From: Candidatus Methylomirabilia bacterium
Lineage (GTDB): Bacteria; Methylomirabilota; Methylomirabilia; Rokubacteriales; CSP1-6
DNA: 11,120 bases
Assembly: GCA_041492755.1 (NCBI GenBank)
Contig: JBGPXN010000155.1
Location: 1 to 11,120, forward strand
Direction: 5' to 3'
A model generated the notes under the pieces. That model saw only the letters and a program-made list of their open reading frames with translations. It searched no databases and was not told the origin of the DNA. Positions 7,812 to 11,120 of this stretch are shown here, piece by piece. Within the stretch, counting starts at the first letter, position 1. Each line of letters begins with the position of its first letter. A program made the position numbers and the translations under genes.

Positions 7812-7930
7812 CCGCGTCCCGAGATCAGCGCGGCGACTCCTTGCCAACCGCGAGGTCCGTTCGCCCGACTGGTCCCGAGCGGACTCACACGAGCCGGCAC
7901 CAACCAGGAGCCAGGGAGGAGTGATCGACG
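7770..7930 (+). promoter_or_regulatory. Structured leuS leader / candidate ribosome-dependent attenuator
   Basis: Outer helix 7780-7796 pairs with 7913-7928 (contains SD GGAGGAG). Perfect 10-bp hairpin 7802-7811/7825-7834. 9-bp hairpin 7855-7863/7876-7884. Confidence 0.7.
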
Positions 7931-10789
7931 ATGGCAGCCACGAGCGACAGCGCCCGAGAGGACGTCCCGCCGTACCGTTACACCGCCGCGCTCGCCGCGC
8001 AGATCGAGTCGCGATGGCAGGAGCGCTGGGAACGCGAGGAAACGTTTCACGCCGCGAACCCCGTCGGCGCGCTGAGCAAGGGATTCACGGCCGTCGCCGG
8101 CCGTCGGAAATACTACCTCAACGACATGTTCCCGTACCCCAGCGGCGCCGGGCTGCACGTCGGTCACCCGCTCGGCTACATCGGCACCGACGTGCTCGGT
8201 CGTTACCTGCGCATGAACGGTCACCACGTGGTGCACACCATGGGCTTCGACGCGTTCGGGCTGCCGGCCGAGCAGTACGCGATCGAAACCGGCCAGCACC
8301 CCCGCGTGACCACCGCGGCCAACATCGAGACCTTCCGGCAACAGCTCCGCCGGCTCGGGCTCGGTCACGATCGGCGCCGCAGCGTGGTCACGTCGGACAC
8401 CGGCTTCTACCGATGGACGCAGTGGATCTTCCTGCAGATCTTCGAGGCCTGGTATGACGACGCGGCCGGCCGGGCCCGCCCGCTCACGGCCCTGATCGCC
8501 GAGCTCGACGCCGGCGCCCGCGAGCCGGCGCCGGGAACCAACCCGTTCGGCCGGCGGTGGGCGGCGCTGTCGCAAGCCGAGCGGCGGCACGTGATCGACG
8601 ATCACCGGCTCGCGTACCTGCGCGAGGCGCCCGTCAACTGGTGCCCGGGTCTGGGCACGGTGCTGGCCAACGAGGAGGTCACCGCCGAGGGCCGCAGCGA
8701 GCGCGGCAACTTCCCGGTGTTTCGCAAGCCCCTCAAGCAGTGGATGCTCCGGATCACCGCCTATGCCGAGCGGCTGCTGGACGATCTGGAGCGACTGGAC
8801 TGGCCCGAGAACGTCAAGGAGATGCAACGCAACTGGATCGGCCGCTCGGCCGGTGCGCGCGTCCGCTTCCCCTCGCTCGCCGGCGACATCGAGATCTTCA
8901 CCACACGGCCGGACACGGTGTTCGGCGCGACGTACCTCGTGCTGGCGCCGGAGCACCCGATGGTCCGCGCTTTGATCGCCGCGATCTGGCCGGACGGAAC
9001 ACGCGAGGCGTGGACCGGCGGCGCCGCCACGCCGGCCGAGGCGATGATCGCGTATCAGGGGTCGGCCGCGCGGCGCACCGAGGTGGAGCGGCAGGAGATC
9101 GCGCGGACCAAGACCGGTGTGTTCACCGGCTCGTGGGCCACCAATCCGGTGAGTGGCGCCCGCATCCCGGTGTTCGTCGCCGACTACGTGATGATGGGCT
9201 ACGGCACCGGTGCGATCATGGCGGTCCCCGGCCAGGACGAGCGCGACTGGGAGTTCGCCGAAGCGTTTGACCTGCCGATCGTCCGCACCGTCGAGCCGCC
9301 CGAGGACTTCCGGGGCAAGGCGTACGTGGGCGAAGGCCCGGCGATCAACAGCGGCTTTCTGGACGGGCTCGGCATCGCGGAGGCCAAGCGACGGATCGTC
9401 GCCTGGCTCGAGGAGCACGGCGTTGGCGCGGCCACGGTAACCTATCGGCTGCGTGACTGGCTGTTCAGCCGCCAGCGGTACTGGGGCGAGCCGTTCCCGA
9501 TCGTTTACGACGAGGTCGGCCTGCCGGTGGCGCTGCCGGCCGCGATGCTCCCGGTCGAGCTGCCGGACATGAATGACTTCGCGCCGCCGGCGTACGATCC
9601 ACACGACGCGGACACCGCGCCGGAGCCGCCGCTGGGCCGGGCCACCGAGTGGGCGACGGTGACCCTCGATCTTGGCGACGGGGCGAAGTCATACCGGCGC
9701 GAGTTGAACACGATGCCCCAGTGGGCCGGCTCGTGCTGGTACGAGATTCGTTACCTCGATCCGACCAACGACCGGCGATTCGTCGATCCCGAGATCGAGC
9801 GGTACTGGATGGGGCCTCGCGCACCCGGTGATGCCGGCGGAGTCGATCTGTACGTCGGCGGCGTCGAGCACGCGGTGTTGCATCTGCTGTACGCGCGGTT
9901 CTGGCAGAAGGTCCTGTTCGACCTCGGCTACGTCAGCGCCGTGGAGCCGTTCCGCCGGCTGTTCAATCAGGGCCTCGTGCAGGCGTACGCCTACACCGAC
10001 GAGCGCGGCGTCTACGTGCCGGCCCAGGAAGTGGAGGAGCACGACGGAGGCTTCTTCTGGCGTGGCCGCCCGGTGACCCGCCAGTACGGCAGGATGGGCA
10101 AGAGTCTCAAGAATTCGGTGACGCCCGATGAGATGTATGCCGCCTACGGCGCGGACACGCTGCGGGTGTACGAGATGTTCACCGGCCCCCTGGACCAGTC
10201 ACGCCCGTGGGAGACGCGGGCAGTCGTCGGCTCGCATCGGCTGCTACAGCGCATCTGGCGCACCGTCATCGATGAGGAGACCGGCGCCTGCCGGGTGGCC
10301 GACGTCGCCATCAGCGACGCAACACTGCGCCTCGTGCACCGGACGATCGCCGCGGTCCGCGACAGTATCGAGGGCTTGCGGTTCAACACCGCCATCGCAC
10401 GGATCGCCGAACTGAACAACCACCTGACCCAGGCGTTTGCGGGCCGTGGCGTGCCGCGCGCCGTCGCCGAGCCGCTGGTGCTGATGCTGGCGCCGCTGGC
10501 TCCGCACGTCGCCGAGGAGCTGTGGTCGCGGCTCGGTCACCCGTGCTCGCTCGCGTGGGAGCCGTTCCCGACGGCCAACCCCGCCCGGCTGGTGGACGAG
10601 ACGATCGAGATTCCGGTCCAGATCGACGGCAAGGTGCGGGCGATCGTCCTCGTGGCGTCCAACGCCGACCAGGCCGAGATGGAGCACGCCGCCCGGGCCG
10701 ACGCGAGGGTCGCCGCGTATCTCGCCGGCCGGACCGTGCGCAAGGTCGTCGTCGTCCCGGGCCGGCTGGTCAATTTCGTCGTCGGCTGA
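7931..10789 (+). CDS. leuS: Leucine--tRNA ligase, 952 aa
   Basis: [14 protein letters not shown] (HIGH), [41 protein letters not shown]1 editing motifs FTTRPDT and [49 protein letters not shown] (KMSKS variant), C-terminal [22 protein letters not shown] 7915-7921. Confidence 0.98.
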   Translation: MAATSDSAREDVPPYRYTAALAAQIESRWQERWEREETFHAANPVGALSKGFTAVAGRRKYYLNDMFPYPSGAGLHVGHPLGYIGTDVLGRYLRMNGHHVVHTMGFDAFGLPAEQYAIETGQHPRVTTAANIETFRQQLRRLGLGHDRRRSVVTSDTGFYRWTQWIFLQIFEAWYDDAAGRARPLTALIAELDAGAREPAPGTNPFGRRWAALSQAERRHVIDDHRLAYLREAPVNWCPGLGTVLANEEVTAEGRSERGNFPVFRKPLKQWMLRITAYAERLLDDLERLDWPENVKEMQRNWIGRSAGARVRFPSLAGDIEIFTTRPDTVFGATYLVLAPEHPMVRALIAAIWPDGTREAWTGGAATPAEAMIAYQGSAARRTEVERQEIARTKTGVFTGSWATNPVSGARIPVFVADYVMMGYGTGAIMAVPGQDERDWEFAEAFDLPIVRTVEPPEDFRGKAYVGEGPAINSGFLDGLGIAEAKRRIVAWLEEHGVGAATVTYRLRDWLFSRQRYWGEPFPIVYDEVGLPVALPAAMLPVELPDMNDFAPPAYDPHDADTAPEPPLGRATEWATVTLDLGDGAKSYRRELNTMPQWAGSCWYEIRYLDPTNDRRFVDPEIERYWMGPRAPGDAGGVDLYVGGVEHAVLHLLYARFWQKVLFDLGYVSAVEPFRRLFNQGLVQAYAYTDERGVYVPAQEVEEHDGGFFWRGRPVTRQYGRMGKSLKNSVTPDEMYAAYGADTLRVYEMFTGPLDQSRPWETRAVVGSHRLLQRIWRTVIDEETGACRVADVAISDATLRLVHRTIAAVRDSIEGLRFNTAIARIAELNNHLTQAFAGRGVPRAVAEPLVLMLAPLAPHVAEELWSRLGHPCSLAWEPFPTANPARLVDETIEIPVQIDGKVRAIVLVASNADQAEMEHAARADARVAAYLAGRTVRKVVVVPGRLVNFVVG

Positions 10790-10824
10790 CCGGCTCGGTG
10801 AATCGGCTCGGTCCGGGCGTCGTA

Positions 10825-11120
10825 TCAGGACGGCGCCGCCGGCCCGCCCGAGCGGAGGCGGAAGCGCTGGATCTTGCCCGTCGCGGTCTTCGGCAGGTCA
10901 GCGACGAACTCGACCGTCGCCGGTACTTTGAACCCGGCGAGCCCGGCCTTCACCCACGCCTGCAGCTCGGTCGCGAGCGCGGGCGACGCGCCGGCCGGGT
11001 CCTTCAGCACCACGAACGCGTGCGGCCGTGGCAAGCCGTTGCCATCCTCGCGCCCCGCCACTCCCGCCTCGACCACGGCCGGGTGTTCGACCAGGCGGCC
11101 TTCGATCTCGGCCGGCGACA
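10825..11120 (-). CDS. Acyl-CoA synthetase (AMP-binding), benzoate-CoA ligase-like, C-terminal part (5' truncated by window)
   Basis: Frame is open from the window edge: SPAEIEGRLVEHPAVVEAGVAGREDGNGLPRPHAFVVLK...FKVPATVEFVADLPKTATGKIQRFRLR. The A10 motif LPKTATGKIQRF is typical of the benzoate-CoA ligase family. Confidence 0.85.
   Translation of the reverse strand, partial: SPAEIEGRLVEHPAVVEAGVAGREDGNGLPRPHAFVVLKDPAGASPALATELQAWVKAGLAGFKVPATVEFVADLPKTATGKIQRFRLRSGGPAAPS

Noticed and set aside
7770..7930. T-box riboswitch or intrinsic terminator upstream of leuS
   Set aside because: No T-box consensus (UGGNACC in an antiterminator bulge) and no hairpin followed by a U-run. The leader-peptide model fits better.
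7751..9604. 617-aa minus-strand ORF opposite leuS
   Set aside because: Antisense shadow ORF with no motifs.

Overview
GC-rich bacterial chromosomal window with no mobile elements, CRISPR arrays or RNA genes. Left edge: 3' end of an Ldh_2-family oxidoreductase (+). A tightly packed 8-gene minus-strand operon (7672->319) encodes biotin carboxylase, a biotin-carrier subunit, a GltIJKL-like polar amino-acid ABC transporter (ATPase, binding protein, two permeases), an alpha/beta hydrolase and an animal-like glutamate dehydrogenase. Divergently, leuS (7931..10789) converges on the 3' end of a benzoate-CoA-ligase-like acyl-CoA synthetase. The most interesting element is in the leuS leader and is not called as such by the ORF track. 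It is a probably leaderless 13-aa peptide (MRPFDRLLLTRPR, 7770..7811) whose Leu-codon tract can form a 16-bp duplex with the leuS Shine-Dalgarno region, enclosing two strong hairpins. This is a candidate leucine-sensing translational attenuator.
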